From the NCBI GenBank assembly GCA_045588675.1, contig JAZNER010000019.1, positions 2,003 through 66,002 of the forward strand: a DNA stretch of 64,000 nt, written 5' to 3'. How positions within the stretch are numbered: position 1 is the stretch's first letter; each line of letters opens with the position of its first letter. This DNA comes from Eubacteriales bacterium (lineage in GTDB: Bacteria; Bacillota; Clostridia; Oscillospirales; CAG-272). Below are positions 11,691 to 21,667 of this stretch, one piece after another. A program made the position numbers and the translations under genes. The notes under the pieces were generated by a model. It saw only the letters and a program-made list of their open reading frames with translations. It was not told the DNA's origin and did no database searches.

Positions 11691-12194
11691 TCAATTCATA
11701 CCCTTTATATAATCTACCGCGTCGGCGTGGAGATAGTCCTGCAAAAGCTCAAAATTCTTTTCGGAAATCAATTCTCTTGCTGCCGTTGAGCTAACATATG
11801 CAAATTTCTCGTCACAGGGCATAAAAATCGTTTGCGCGCGGTTGTTGTGCTCACGGTTCCATTTTGCGTGTATCATTTCATAATGCAAATCGCTCTCGTC
11901 GCGAAGCCCTCTTATAATCGCGCTCGCGCCAAGCTCGTCACAAAGGTCAATAAGCCTACCGCTGCTGCTCACCGCCACCGCATTGGGTATATGAGCAATT
12001 GACCGCTTCACCATCTGGAGCCTTTGCTCCATTGTAAACAAGTATTCCTTTGACGAAAGACTGCTGTCGTACTTTGCCGAGTCATTATTCATTACCGCCA
12101 CAAAAAGCTTATCGAACATAGGCGAGCTACGCTCAATAATATTTATGTGACCTATGGTTATCGGGTCATAGCTACCCGGAATTATAGCATACAT
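11691..12194 (-). CDS. coaD: Phosphopantetheine adenylyltransferase
   Basis: MYAIIPGSYDPITIGHINIIERS carries the T/HxGH nucleotidyltransferase motif. The length is 167 aa. Confidence 0.93.
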   Translation of the reverse strand: MYAIIPGSYDPITIGHINIIERSSPMFDKLFVAVMNNDSAKYDSSLSSKEYLFTMEQRLQMVKRSIAHIPNAVAVSSSGRLIDLCDELGASAIIRGLRDESDLHYEMIHAKWNREHNNRAQTIFMPCDEKFAYVSSTAARELISEKNFELLQDYLHADAVDYIKGMN

Positions 12195-12217
12195 TATTTT
12201 TCTCCCAAATCAAGAAT

Positions 12218-12778
12218 TTATATCGGCTTGACTATTGTTATATGCGCAATGCCGTATTTTGCTTTTTTTATAATTTCGTATTTTGACAGCAATTCAGGCG
12301 TATTTTCGAAAATATTCTCTTCCTCGCTTTCGCATACGACAATTGACGAGGGCTTTAACAATTCCGCATTCAAGAGAGCCGACAGACACTCTGCCGTAGC
12401 TCGCAGAGCGTACGGCGGGTCGATAAACACAATATCAAACTTTTTTTTGCCTCTCATTGCTCTGATGTAATCAAAAGCATCTGAATTAAATGCGCGACAA
12501 TATTCACCAAGCTTGGTCTTTTCGATATTTTTGTTGATTATCGCAATTGCGTCCTTGGATTTATCAACCAAAACTGCTCCGTTAGCCCCTCCCGATACCG
12601 CTTCAAGTCCCATCTGTCCTGAGCCTGCAAAAAGGTCAAGCACCTCTCTGCCCTCAAGGTCAAAGCGAAGCATAGAAAAAACTGCTTCCTTTGCTCGCTC
12701 CGAGGTCGGTCTTGTATTCTCTCCCTCAAGCGTGGAAAGTCTTATTCCTCTTGCCCTTCCGCTTATTATTCGCATCAT
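12218..12778 (-). CDS. rsmD: 16S rRNA (guanine966-N2)-methyltransferase
   Basis: RIISGRARGIRL...TRPTSERAKEAVFSML...DLFAGSGQMGLEA...FIDPPY are the classic RsmD motifs. The gene sits next to coaD, as in Bacillus ylbH-ylbI. Confidence 0.9.
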   Translation of the reverse strand: MMRIISGRARGIRLSTLEGENTRPTSERAKEAVFSMLRFDLEGREVLDLFAGSGQMGLEAVSGGANGAVLVDKSKDAIAIINKNIEKTKLGEYCRAFNSDAFDYIRAMRGKKKFDIVFIDPPYALRATAECLSALLNAELLKPSSIVVCESEEENIFENTPELLSKYEIIKKAKYGIAHITIVKPI

Positions 12779-12792
12779 AATGTTAAATCCCT

Positions 12793-14628
12793 TTATTTAT
12801 CAAAATATTTTCTGATGTTTTTAGCATCTCTCTCGCTAATGCCCTTAACGCTTGCAAGCCTTTGGGCGCTTGCCTCGCGTATAGCTCCTATTCCTCCAAG
12901 CTCGCGCAAAAGAAGCTTCGCCTTGGCGTCGCCTATTCCCTTTATTTTTGTAAGAGAGGATTTCGTCAATGTTTTTCTCTTTGCGCTGTCCATCTTGGAA
13001 ACTGTAAAGCGGTGAACCTCCTCTTGTATCTTATAAATAAATACAAACAGGGCGTTCTCGTGCGCAATGCTTATTTCTTCATTTTCAGTACAAAGCGCGC
13101 GGGTCTTATGGTAATCGTCTTTTACCATACCAAATACGGGAACATCAATATTCATCTCGCGGAGCAATTCCTTTACGGTTGAAACATGACCCCGTCCTCC
13201 GTCAAGCAAAATAAGGTCGGGTAAATTAGCAAATGAGCCCTCAGCATCATCAAGGTGCGCAAGTCGGCGCGAAAGCGCCTCTCTCATGCTCGCATAATCA
13301 TCTGTTCCGTCCTTGACACTATTGATCCTGAAGCTTCGGTAATCCGACTTCTTGAATTTAGTGCCGTCACAGACAATCATTCCTGCTGTTATGTGCTCGT
13401 GACCAAGGTTTGATATATCATACGCCTCAATTCGCTCGGGATAGGTTTCAAGTCTTAACAGCTCGGCTAAACGAAGAAGAATTTTTTCGTCCTTTTCGGC
13501 TTCGTTTCTATATATTTTTGCCTTTTCGGCGGCATTATCTCTGACCATTTCGCAGAGTGTCTTGCCATCTCCCCTCTCGGGAGTTCTTACATTCACCCTT
13601 CTGCCCGCCTTCTCGGACAGATAAGCCGAAACGAGCTCTCTGTCCTCATCTTCAAGAGAAAATGACAACAGGATACTTTTAGGTATATATTCCCGCACTC
13701 TGTAAAGCTCACAAATAAATGCGCTAATATTGCTCTCGTCAATAATACGGTCTGCCCCGTAGAGATATTCATTTTTATCACTGACAGCGCCGTTTCTTAT
13801 AAAAAATACCGAAATGCAGGAGCACAAGTCATCATTATACAAGGCGATTACATCGTGCTCAACATCGGGAGCGGCAACCACCTTTTGCCTCTGCCCAAGT
13901 CTGTCAAGAGCCGCAAGAGTATCACGGCATCTTGCCGCCGCCTCGTATTTTTCGTTTTCGGCATACTTGTACATTTTCTCGGTCAATTCATTTTTAACTG
14001 ATGCAGTATGTCCCCGCAAAACATCAACGGCATATTTGATTTTTTCCGAATATTCGCTCTCATCGACATTTCCTGTGCAAACTCCGCAGCACTTTTTCAT
14101 TTGATAATAAAGGCAGGGGCGTTCCTTCCCTATATCCCTCGGAAATTTGCGCGTGCAGGTCGGTAACGCCAAAATAGCAGACAAGGTATTGATTACAGAA
14201 AAAACAATTGATGTTCCCGAATACGGTCCAAAATATCTTCCGCCGTCATTATCCCTTTTTCTTGTCATAACCAGTCTTGGATATGCTTCGTCTGTGATTT
14301 TTATATAAGGATAGGATTTTGCATCCTTTAATCTTATATTATACTTGGGATTATATTGCTTAATCAGGGTATTTTCAAGCGACAGTGCTTCAATCTCGGT
14401 GTCGCAGACATAATAATCAAAATCCTTAACCGCTCTCACCATTTCGGCAGTTTTAACATTTTTTTCGCTATTTTGAAAATACTGTGACACTCTGTTCTTA
14501 AGCTTTCTTGACTTCCCTACATATATGACCTTGCCTGCCGAATTCTTCATAATATAAACTCCGGGCCGCACAGGCAAGGTGTTCGCCTTTTCAAGCAAGA
14601 GCTTTATTTCACTTTCTTTAATTGGCAT
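12793..14628 (-). CDS. uvrC: Excinuclease ABC subunit C
   Basis: A GIY-YIG N-terminus (GVYIMKNSAGKVIYVGKS...LKNRV), a UVR domain and a C-terminal (HhH)2 are present. The start was moved to ATG 14628 (MPIKESEIK). Confidence 0.95.
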   Translation of the reverse strand: MPIKESEIKLLLEKANTLPVRPGVYIMKNSAGKVIYVGKSRKLKNRVSQYFQNSEKNVKTAEMVRAVKDFDYYVCDTEIEALSLENTLIKQYNPKYNIRLKDAKSYPYIKITDEAYPRLVMTRKRDNDGGRYFGPYSGTSIVFSVINTLSAILALPTCTRKFPRDIGKERPCLYYQMKKCCGVCTGNVDESEYSEKIKYAVDVLRGHTASVKNELTEKMYKYAENEKYEAAARCRDTLAALDRLGQRQKVVAAPDVEHDVIALYNDDLCSCISVFFIRNGAVSDKNEYLYGADRIIDESNISAFICELYRVREYIPKSILLSFSLEDEDRELVSAYLSEKAGRRVNVRTPERGDGKTLCEMVRDNAAEKAKIYRNEAEKDEKILLRLAELLRLETYPERIEAYDISNLGHEHITAGMIVCDGTKFKKSDYRSFRINSVKDGTDDYASMREALSRRLAHLDDAEGSFANLPDLILLDGGRGHVSTVKELLREMNIDVPVFGMVKDDYHKTRALCTENEEISIAHENALFVFIYKIQEEVHRFTVSKMDSAKRKTLTKSSLTKIKGIGDAKAKLLLRELGGIGAIREASAQRLASVKGISERDAKNIRKYFDK

Positions 14629-14718
14629 ATTTATCCTTTCCTTGTTTAAAAAACAAGCAAAAGGCGCGGCACAGTCCACCCTTTGACTGCTATCCGCGCC
14701 TTTTTTACAATTACGGTA

Positions 14719-14982
14719 TTATTCGTTAAATCCCGAGTTAATAAGGGATACCAAACCGCTAATTGCCATTTCTTCATCCTGACCGTCAGCTATAAGTGTA
14801 ATTGACATACCTTTAGCAATACCGAGAGAAAGAACTCCCAGAAGGCTCTTTGCATTTACCTTACGGTCATCCTTTTCTACAAGTATAGTGCTCTTGTAGC
14901 AGTTTGCCTTTTGAATGAAGAATGTTGCAGGTCTTGCGTGCAGACCGCTTGCGTTTGTTATAACAACCTCACGAGTTTTCAT
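14719..14982 (-). CDS. ptsH: Phosphocarrier protein HPr
   Basis: The protein is 87 aa. It has the His15 site (GLHARPA) and the Ser46 regulatory site (NAKSLLGVLSLG). Confidence 0.93.
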   Translation of the reverse strand: MKTREVVITNASGLHARPATFFIQKANCYKSTILVEKDDRKVNAKSLLGVLSLGIAKGMSITLIADGQDEEMAISGLVSLINSGFNE

Positions 14983-15207
14983 ATTTTAACCCCTATTTTA
15001 AGTATCAAAAAATTATATATGTGTTAAAGGCTTTATAGCCAAAATAAATCCAGATAAAACTTGGTTTATAATTAAGTATATCAAAAATTCAGCTTAAAAT
15101 CAAGGGGCAATATTATATATTTTTTGAGCTAATTTTAGCCATATTTATAGCATAATACACAATAACTATAAATTTTCGCCATATAAAGAGCAAAAATCGC
15201 TGTAAAA

Positions 15208-15816
15208 CTATTCTTCAACTATTGTGATATTTACGATTTTTAGTGTAAATTCAGCCTTATCGGTATAAACATTTATAACACTTCCCTCGGTTATATTCGT
15301 TTTCCCTATTGTATAATAGTCACCGCTCTTGTATCTTACAGTGTTCACATTCAGCTTGATCTGCCCGCACAGCTTAACTAAATTGTAGAAAACCTCAGGA
15401 TGTTCCTGAACATCGATATTGTCTGCATTGTTGAGGGTCTGCTGGTCCTCTGAGTTCTCGGCTTCAGAGCTCTCAGCCTCTGAGCTTTCAGCCTTTGAAG
15501 CATCTGCGAATGACGGAATATCATCAACTATTGTATATATTGCACCGTTCTCATAATCCTCGTTTGAATACATAAATCCAAGCAGTCCGCCGTTAGCAAA
15601 ATAAACCGCGTCGCCCTCTTTGACATAGCGAAGCAAGCTGTCATACTCCTCTTCACATTCAAACTCCATTATGTACTTTGCCTTGCTCTGTGAGTCAGCT
15701 TCTGAAACCGTAACAAACATTTGATACAAAACCGTAGCAACAAGGGCAACCAAAAGTAAAATCACCGCGATATCAAATGCGTTCAATTTATTCTTCGACC
15801 TATGACCTTTTGCCAT
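15208..15816 (-). CDS. Membrane-anchored protein, possibly DUF4330-like, with Ser/Glu repeat linker
   Basis: There is a single N-terminal TM (FDIAVILLLVALVATVLY) and a repeat SKAESSEAESSEAENSE. The C-terminal beta-rich domain shares a YKSGDYYTIGK motif with the upstream paralog. The start overlaps the upstream stop (TAATG). Confidence 0.6.
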   Translation of the reverse strand: MAKGHRSKNKLNAFDIAVILLLVALVATVLYQMFVTVSEADSQSKAKYIMEFECEEEYDSLLRYVKEGDAVYFANGGLLGFMYSNEDYENGAIYTIVDDIPSFADASKAESSEAESSEAENSEDQQTLNNADNIDVQEHPEVFYNLVKLCGQIKLNVNTVRYKSGDYYTIGKTNITEGSVINVYTDKAEFTLKIVNITIVEE

Positions 15817-16448
15817 TACTGCTCACCTCCGCTCAAATTCTCCTGCTCAAGCTCAACTATTGCACCGCTTACGACGGTAGCTTCACAACGAAGTGTATAT
15901 TCACTTCCCACAGCAATCTTATAATCTCCGCTGGAATATCCCTCGTCGGATTTGTATTTTGCATTGATCTTAACAGTCAATACCAGCTTGTTATTTGGGT
16001 CATTCTTGTCCTCAGGCTTATAAACGGAAACATTTTTGACCTTGCCGAAATAATATGTATTATCCTCGGTGTCAAGATAAAGATCTTCATTCTTCATTGT
16101 CCTGTAAACCGACAAATCTCCTTCACAAGGAGCAAGGAAGGTATATTCAATCGAGATGTTCTCATAATCGCTTGAATAATATCTCATAAGATAATACGCT
16201 CCCACAGCCAAACCGATAGCGATTACAAGAACTATAAGTCCTATAACAATATCAGTAAGCAGCGGTAAATTCTTTTTGCGTTTTTTACGAGAATTGGCTA
16301 TTCCGCTAAGCTCATTCATGCTTTGAAGCAGCTGCTCCGTGCTCCCCCGCTCTGCCTTTATTCCGTCAAAGCTATCTGATTTATGAGAGTCGGCAAGCTT
16401 TAAACTGCCTTTATTATTTTCAGCATCATAATTTTTTAAATCAGCCAT
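15816..16448 (-). CDS. Membrane-anchored protein, paralog of 15208-15816 (possibly DUF4330-like)
   Basis: There is a single TM (IVIGLIVLVIAIGLAVGAYYL). The C-terminal domain contains YSSGDYKIAVG. It is translationally coupled to the downstream paralog. Confidence 0.6.
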   Translation of the reverse strand: MADLKNYDAENNKGSLKLADSHKSDSFDGIKAERGSTEQLLQSMNELSGIANSRKKRKKNLPLLTDIVIGLIVLVIAIGLAVGAYYLMRYYSSDYENISIEYTFLAPCEGDLSVYRTMKNEDLYLDTEDNTYYFGKVKNVSVYKPEDKNDPNNKLVLTVKINAKYKSDEGYSSGDYKIAVGSEYTLRCEATVVSGAIVELEQENLSGGEQ

Positions 16449-16474
16449 AATATATCCCCTTTCAAATAAACGAT

Positions 16475-18448
16475 TTATTCGACTTTAAGCCTTATATCAG
16501 CAGAGCTTTCTGATTCATAAAGCTCGGATTTGATATTCCTTTGTCTATCCTTGCCCTCCTTGACATAGCCCGAAAGCAATCCAAGACAAGCCCAGAACAG
16601 ATAGAGCATTCTGGCGTCGTTCCAGATTGAATTGACAAATCCAAACAAAAGCAATCCTATAGCTCCGCAAAGCAGAGCCAAGCTCTTTCGCCTGATGTCT
16701 TTGTCCTTCGATATAGAAATATATCCCAAGCTGTTTCCAACTATAAGTATCATCAAAATAACAAAGGTAATCAATCCGCCTATTCCCGACCAGCAAATAA
16801 GCTGTAAATAGAAGCTTGTCGGCGAGGTCACGCCGCTTGAAATCGCATTTTGATAATCAGCAAACGCCGAGACAAACGCTCTCTCACCTGAGCCGATTCC
16901 CAAAAAGCGCGAGTCCTTCAACATTTCAAGCACGCCTCGCGAAACTTCAATATGAGCCGATGAATCCAAATCATTCATAGGTAAAATTCTGCTTACAATA
17001 TCGCCCACACCTTCAAATCCCCAATAAGCCTTTGCATAAGGGTAGATAACAGCAATTATTGCAACAGGTATTGAGGCAAATATAAGCGCCGACAGGGTTT
17101 TGTGACTGTGCAAGATCCAAAACGCGCAAAATTCAATGCCTATTATCACTACCGCCTCGTATGTTCCGTAAACAAACGTAGTTACAACACACAATGCAAC
17201 GGTCGTCAAGGATAGCATTGAGCCCTTAAAGCTTTTTTGTCCTGCCATGTATGCCAGCACAAATGGGAAAAGCATAACCGACATTACCCCGAAAACAGAG
17301 GCACTATCCGAAATATAGAGCACATTATACTCAAATATAGGTCTTACACTTTCACTGATTGAATAGGTTGCTCCATCGCCGATTGCATTATAAAAGACAT
17401 TCCACAATCCCGAAATGCAAATAAGCACAAACGACAAAAGCAAAATTCCCATACAGGTATCAAGTCTTTTTTGTCCCTTTACCAAATTGTACGTCAGGAA
17501 AAATCCGCCGAAAATTATTATAACCGAAATCAATCCGTCAAGAATTGACGCGCTTCCGCCCTTTGAAAAGATTGAGGTCACAAAAACAAAGGCGCAAAAA
17601 ATTAAAAATATTATACCGATTGCACCGAAGCTCGTTGTTCTCCGTCTTCTGATAAGCTTACATAGATATGAAAACATAACGAGTAAAATCATTCCTACGA
17701 GAATTATGCGAGAATACTCTGTATATTGCAAAAACGGAGCGAATGTAATAGTGAGCACCACGCCGCTTTCGGGAGTTGACAAGCAAAGACTTACAGTTAA
17801 AATAAGACCGCACGCCACCAGCAAATACGCGGGGTGAAGGAAATATGTAAAAATTCCAAACAAAATAGCAAGAATTCCCGAAAAAAATATAATTTCAATT
17901 CCGTCGATTTGCCCTTTTGCTTTCATTTTTTCTTCAGGAATACCAAGAAAGCTCAAAGCAAACGCGCGCACAAATCTGCTTTCCTCAACAGCCGCAACGA
18001 TTGATTTTGATGTTGCAAGGAGCGGCAAAGAGCAAAGAATAATGATAATTGAAGTTAATACCGCGTACTCGCCTACATAGTGCTTTGAGTATATAGCAAT
18101 TGAAACATAATACATCAAAACCGAGGTAAGTCCGTATATTGCAAAGAACGCTCCATAAACATTCAAGGAAAGAGATAACAAAAAGCCTTTAACTATATTC
18201 ATAATTCTGAACACAAAGCTTTTTTCTACCACGATTTCAGCAAAGCCTGCAGAATTTTTACTTTTTTTCTTCGTGCTCTTTTCAAGCAATTTCCCAAAAT
18301 AGCTTTTCTCATAAATGCTGGTTTCATTTGACATAGCACGGCAGGCTCTATTTCTTATAAAAAGCGAATAAATGAACGCCGTAAAGCGATTTACAGCACT
18401 TACGAAGACTGAATTTGTCTTTCTGCTTTTGGTCATTTTTTTAGCCAC
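16475..18448 (-). CDS. Large polytopic membrane protein (657 aa, more than 12 TM), O-antigen ligase/polymerase (Wzy_C)-like
   Basis: The protein is almost entirely hydrophobic helices with one larger loop. The family call rests on architecture and gene context only. Confidence 0.45.
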   Translation of the reverse strand: MAKKMTKSRKTNSVFVSAVNRFTAFIYSLFIRNRACRAMSNETSIYEKSYFGKLLEKSTKKKSKNSAGFAEIVVEKSFVFRIMNIVKGFLLSLSLNVYGAFFAIYGLTSVLMYYVSIAIYSKHYVGEYAVLTSIIIILCSLPLLATSKSIVAAVEESRFVRAFALSFLGIPEEKMKAKGQIDGIEIIFFSGILAILFGIFTYFLHPAYLLVACGLILTVSLCLSTPESGVVLTITFAPFLQYTEYSRIILVGMILLVMFSYLCKLIRRRRTTSFGAIGIIFLIFCAFVFVTSIFSKGGSASILDGLISVIIIFGGFFLTYNLVKGQKRLDTCMGILLLSFVLICISGLWNVFYNAIGDGATYSISESVRPIFEYNVLYISDSASVFGVMSVMLFPFVLAYMAGQKSFKGSMLSLTTVALCVVTTFVYGTYEAVVIIGIEFCAFWILHSHKTLSALIFASIPVAIIAVIYPYAKAYWGFEGVGDIVSRILPMNDLDSSAHIEVSRGVLEMLKDSRFLGIGSGERAFVSAFADYQNAISSGVTSPTSFYLQLICWSGIGGLITFVILMILIVGNSLGYISISKDKDIRRKSLALLCGAIGLLLFGFVNSIWNDARMLYLFWACLGLLSGYVKEGKDRQRNIKSELYESESSADIRLKVE

Positions 18449-18495
18449 AAAATCTCCTCCTTCCTAACTTTTTAACTTAAAATCCTAATTTGAAA

Positions 18496-19194
18496 TCATT
18501 TTTCAAGCAAATCGGGGCGATTAGCCTCTGTCAGCTCGCGGGCAGACTGGTCGCGCCACTTTTCAATATTGGCGTGATGTCCCGAGATCAGAACATCGGG
18601 AACCTTCACTCCGTGAAACTCATATGGTCTTGTATATTGCGGGTATTCAAGCATTCCCGACGAAATGCTTTCCTTTTCGTAGCATTCGGGGTCAGAAAGC
18701 ACGCCAGGAACAAGTCTTGCAACACAGTCAACAAGAATTGCCGACGGAATTTCTCCGCATGTAAGCACAAAATCTCCTATTGATATTTCTTCGTCAACTA
18801 TTTCGTCAACTATTCTTCTGTCAACACCCTCGTAGTGTCCGCAAAGAATTATAATGTTATCATAGCCCGCCAGCTCCTCGGCTTTTTTCTGATTTAGCAC
18901 CTTGCCTGTGGGCGACATATAAATAACTTTTCTTCTCTCGGCTGCAAAGCCGCTCTTCTCTTGTTCTTTAAGTATTGCCTCGTAGCAATTATATATAGGG
19001 GGAGCCATCATAAGCATTCCCTTGCCTCCGCCGTACGGAGTGTCGTCAACCCGACGGTGCTTGTCCTCTGAGTAATCTCTTATATTATAGAGATTAACCT
19101 CAATCGCGCCGCTTTTTCTCGCCCGCCCTATTATGCTCTCCCCGAGAATATAATCTACCATATCGGGAAAAAGCGTCATTATATCAAATCTCAT
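18496..19194 (-). CDS. trmD: tRNA (guanine37-N1)-methyltransferase
   Basis: MRFDIMTLFPDMV...YGGGKGMLM...LCGHYEGVDRR are present. The start was moved to ATG 19194. Confidence 0.95.
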   Translation of the reverse strand: MRFDIMTLFPDMVDYILGESIIGRARKSGAIEVNLYNIRDYSEDKHRRVDDTPYGGGKGMLMMAPPIYNCYEAILKEQEKSGFAAERRKVIYMSPTGKVLNQKKAEELAGYDNIIILCGHYEGVDRRIVDEIVDEEISIGDFVLTCGEIPSAILVDCVARLVPGVLSDPECYEKESISSGMLEYPQYTRPYEFHGVKVPDVLISGHHANIEKWRDQSARELTEANRPDLLEK

Positions 19195-19216
19195 TTTAAT
19201 CCTTTCAAGCGCAACC

Positions 19217-19732
19217 TTATTCGTCAGATAAAAGTCCCGGAATAGTTTCAACAAAGACACCTTTTTCAAGGTCTATTTTCTTGACAAACTCTTCAACAGC
19301 GGGCATCATTCGCTCTCCCGCAGGAGTTTTTACCACATAAATATCCGATGCGCCGCGATTGATTACATCACTTATTTTGCCGTAGAGCTTGCCGCTTATA
19401 CTGTCAATAACATCAAGTCCAATCAGGTCGGCAATAAAGAAATCGCCCTCTTCAAGCTCAAAATCCTCACGCGCGGCGTAGAGAGTAGTTCCCTTCAAAG
19501 CAATAGCCTTGTCCATATCGTCAACTCCCTCAAGCGCTGCAAGCACAAAGCTCTTGAAAATTGAGGTATGCAAAACTTTTATTTCTCGGTAAGCGCCAGC
19601 CTCTTTAATAAAAACTCTTTCAAGGCTTGCTAAAACCTCAGGGCTGTCACACAGTGACTCAAGCTTCACATCTCCGCGTACTCCGTGTGTATTTATAATA
19701 ATCGCGCATTCAAGATACTTTTTTCTTTCCAT
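19217..19732 (-). CDS. rimM: 16S rRNA processing protein RimM
   Basis: The protein is 171 aa with an N-terminal RimM domain (INTHGVRGDVKL) and a PRC barrel. It lies directly upstream of trmD. Confidence 0.9.
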   Translation of the reverse strand: MERKKYLECAIIINTHGVRGDVKLESLCDSPEVLASLERVFIKEAGAYREIKVLHTSIFKSFVLAALEGVDDMDKAIALKGTTLYAAREDFELEEGDFFIADLIGLDVIDSISGKLYGKISDVINRGASDIYVVKTPAGERMMPAVEEFVKKIDLEKGVFVETIPGLLSDE

Positions 19733-19926
19733 ATTTTCTCCAGATATACTAAATCCAACTTAAATATTACTATACAGAGTAATTATATCACACAAAGCTA
19801 AAAATTGCAAGTATCCGCGTAATTTTTTTATAATTATAAAAATTTACAAATAAGCAATTGATTTTTTTACCAAATACAAGTAAAATATATAAAGTATGAA
19901 AATATATTTTTGAAAGGATATACAAA

Positions 19927-20250
19927 ATGATTAATTTTGCAATGCTTTTAACAGGCGCAGGCGGAACAGGCGATATGCTTATTACTGTCGGCATGCTTAT
20001 AGTTGTTGTGGTCGTTTTCTATTTCTTTGGTATTCGTCCTCAGAAAAAGCAGGAAAAAGAAACTGCCGCTATGAGAAACAGCCTTCAGGTTGGTGATGAA
20101 ATCACAACTATCGGTGGTATTATCGGAAAAATCGTTAGCATCAAGGACGAAACCTGTGTTATCGAAACAAGCCACGACAGAACGAAAATTCGCATACTTA
20201 AATCTGCAATTAGCAAGGTTGATGTAAAGGCTGAGGACTCCATTGACTGA
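19927..20250 (+). CDS. yajC: Preprotein translocase subunit YajC
   Basis: There is a single TM followed by IRPQKKQEKE...LQVGDEITTIGGIIGKIVSI, which is the YajC signature. Confidence 0.9.
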   Translation: MINFAMLLTGAGGTGDMLITVGMLIVVVVVFYFFGIRPQKKQEKETAAMRNSLQVGDEITTIGGIIGKIVSIKDETCVIETSHDRTKIRILKSAISKVDVKAEDSID

Positions 20251-20332
20251 TGCTTAAATAGCACAAAGTAATAAAAACACCTCCCACATCATATATTTCG
20301 ATTGAAAATATATGTTACACGGAGGTGTTTTT

Positions 20333-20833
20333 ATGTTATACGGAAATAAATCAAAAAGCAGTATGCCGCAAATAAGAAAATCGACTGCAATCGTATCAAA
20401 ACAGAGCTCGGTGGAGCAAGCTCCCCTTCTTGCTTCTGTTCTTAAAAATTCAATGTACGCTCTTTTAGCTATGTTGCTTTCGGGCTTGGTGCTAATCAGT
20501 ATTTCAACGGCAATTGCTTATGCAAATCCAAACCCCGATTCTCTTGTTTTCCCGCTTTCACTGGCTTCCTTGCTTATGTCAATGTTTATAGGCGGATTTG
20601 TTTGTTCCAAAAGAACCTGCGAATCCCCCTTGCTTTGCGGGATCGTTTGCAGTGGAATAATTACCCTGTTTACAATTTTAATAGCTCTGTGTCTTAGGAA
20701 CGCGGCAAGCTCAGGCTATACTCTCGGCTTTGCATTCTTGTTGCACGGAATAGCTATGCTTTTTGCAATTCTCGGCGCATTCGCGGGCAATATCAAGAAA
20801 AAATACAAACCGCGCAAGCGCAAATATCGCTGA
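20333..20833 (+). CDS. Integral membrane protein (4 TM), possibly TIGR04086-like
   Basis: The start was moved to ATG 20333, after GGAGGTGTTTTT. There are four hydrophobic helices and a basic C-terminal tail. The family name is from memory only. Confidence 0.55.
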   Translation: MLYGNKSKSSMPQIRKSTAIVSKQSSVEQAPLLASVLKNSMYALLAMLLSGLVLISISTAIAYANPNPDSLVFPLSLASLLMSMFIGGFVCSKRTCESPLLCGIVCSGIITLFTILIALCLRNAASSGYTLGFAFLLHGIAMLFAILGAFAGNIKKKYKPRKRKYR

Positions 20834-20834
20834 A

Positions 20835-21629
20835 TTATCTTACCGACTTGTAAAAATCGAGAGAATCAAAGCTTCTGCCAAGATGATTGATTATGTAAGT
20901 TTCAGCTGTTCTTGAAAGGTCATTAAGCTCGCTGTCGTCATTGAGCTCAAATGAGAAGATTTTATTTTGCGGAGAGTTTAAAACAAATCTCACCGCTTGG
21001 AGCGTTGATGGCAGCATACCGCACAATATGCTCGCTTCGGGCATGTCCTCAAAGTCCTTTGAAATATGGGGCTTTGAGGAATTTTTTTTGGAAAGGCAAT
21101 CTGTGCAGATAAGTCGTCCGCCCATAACATCAAGATACATAAGCTCGGCATACGAGCGTCGGCAATAAGCACAGCAAGCAGTTTCGGGACAATATCCCGA
21201 AATTGAGGCAATTCTCAATTCAAATACTGCCTTAATAAGCCTTATATCCTTCTCCCCGCGTCCTACAAGATAGAGAGAATTCAAAAGCAAGCGCATTATT
21301 TCCTCGCAATTATCACCCTCGTCGGTAAGCTCGTTTGCCACATCACAAAAATATGAGGAAAGAGCAACCCGCACAATATCAATTGATAAGTCAAAAAAGG
21401 GATTGATTACCGAGCCGCCCTTGAGCCAATAGGTTGAATTTTTTTCATAAATTTCAAAATTACCGTATGTATAGAGCTGTGAAATCGGGGTGATTTTACT
21501 GCCCGATGAGCGTCCGCCCTTTACAATCACGCCAATTCTTCCGCGCTCGGGGGTTATAATATTCACAAGCTTATCACTCGTGCCAATATCGCAAACATTT
21601 GTAATTACACCGTCAGTTGCGAACAGCAT
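20835..21629 (-). CDS. recO: DNA repair protein RecO
   Basis: An OB-fold N-terminus plus the zinc motif CAYC...CTDC are present. The gene is directly downstream of era, as in Bacillus. Confidence 0.88.
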   Translation of the reverse strand: MLFATDGVITNVCDIGTSDKLVNIITPERGRIGVIVKGGRSSGSKITPISQLYTYGNFEIYEKNSTYWLKGGSVINPFFDLSIDIVRVALSSYFCDVANELTDEGDNCEEIMRLLLNSLYLVGRGEKDIRLIKAVFELRIASISGYCPETACCAYCRRSYAELMYLDVMGGRLICTDCLSKKNSSKPHISKDFEDMPEASILCGMLPSTLQAVRFVLNSPQNKIFSFELNDDSELNDLSRTAETYIINHLGRSFDSLDFYKSVR

Positions 21630-21667
21630 ATTCTCTTTTTCCCCCCTTGCCGTATCGTTTGAATAAG

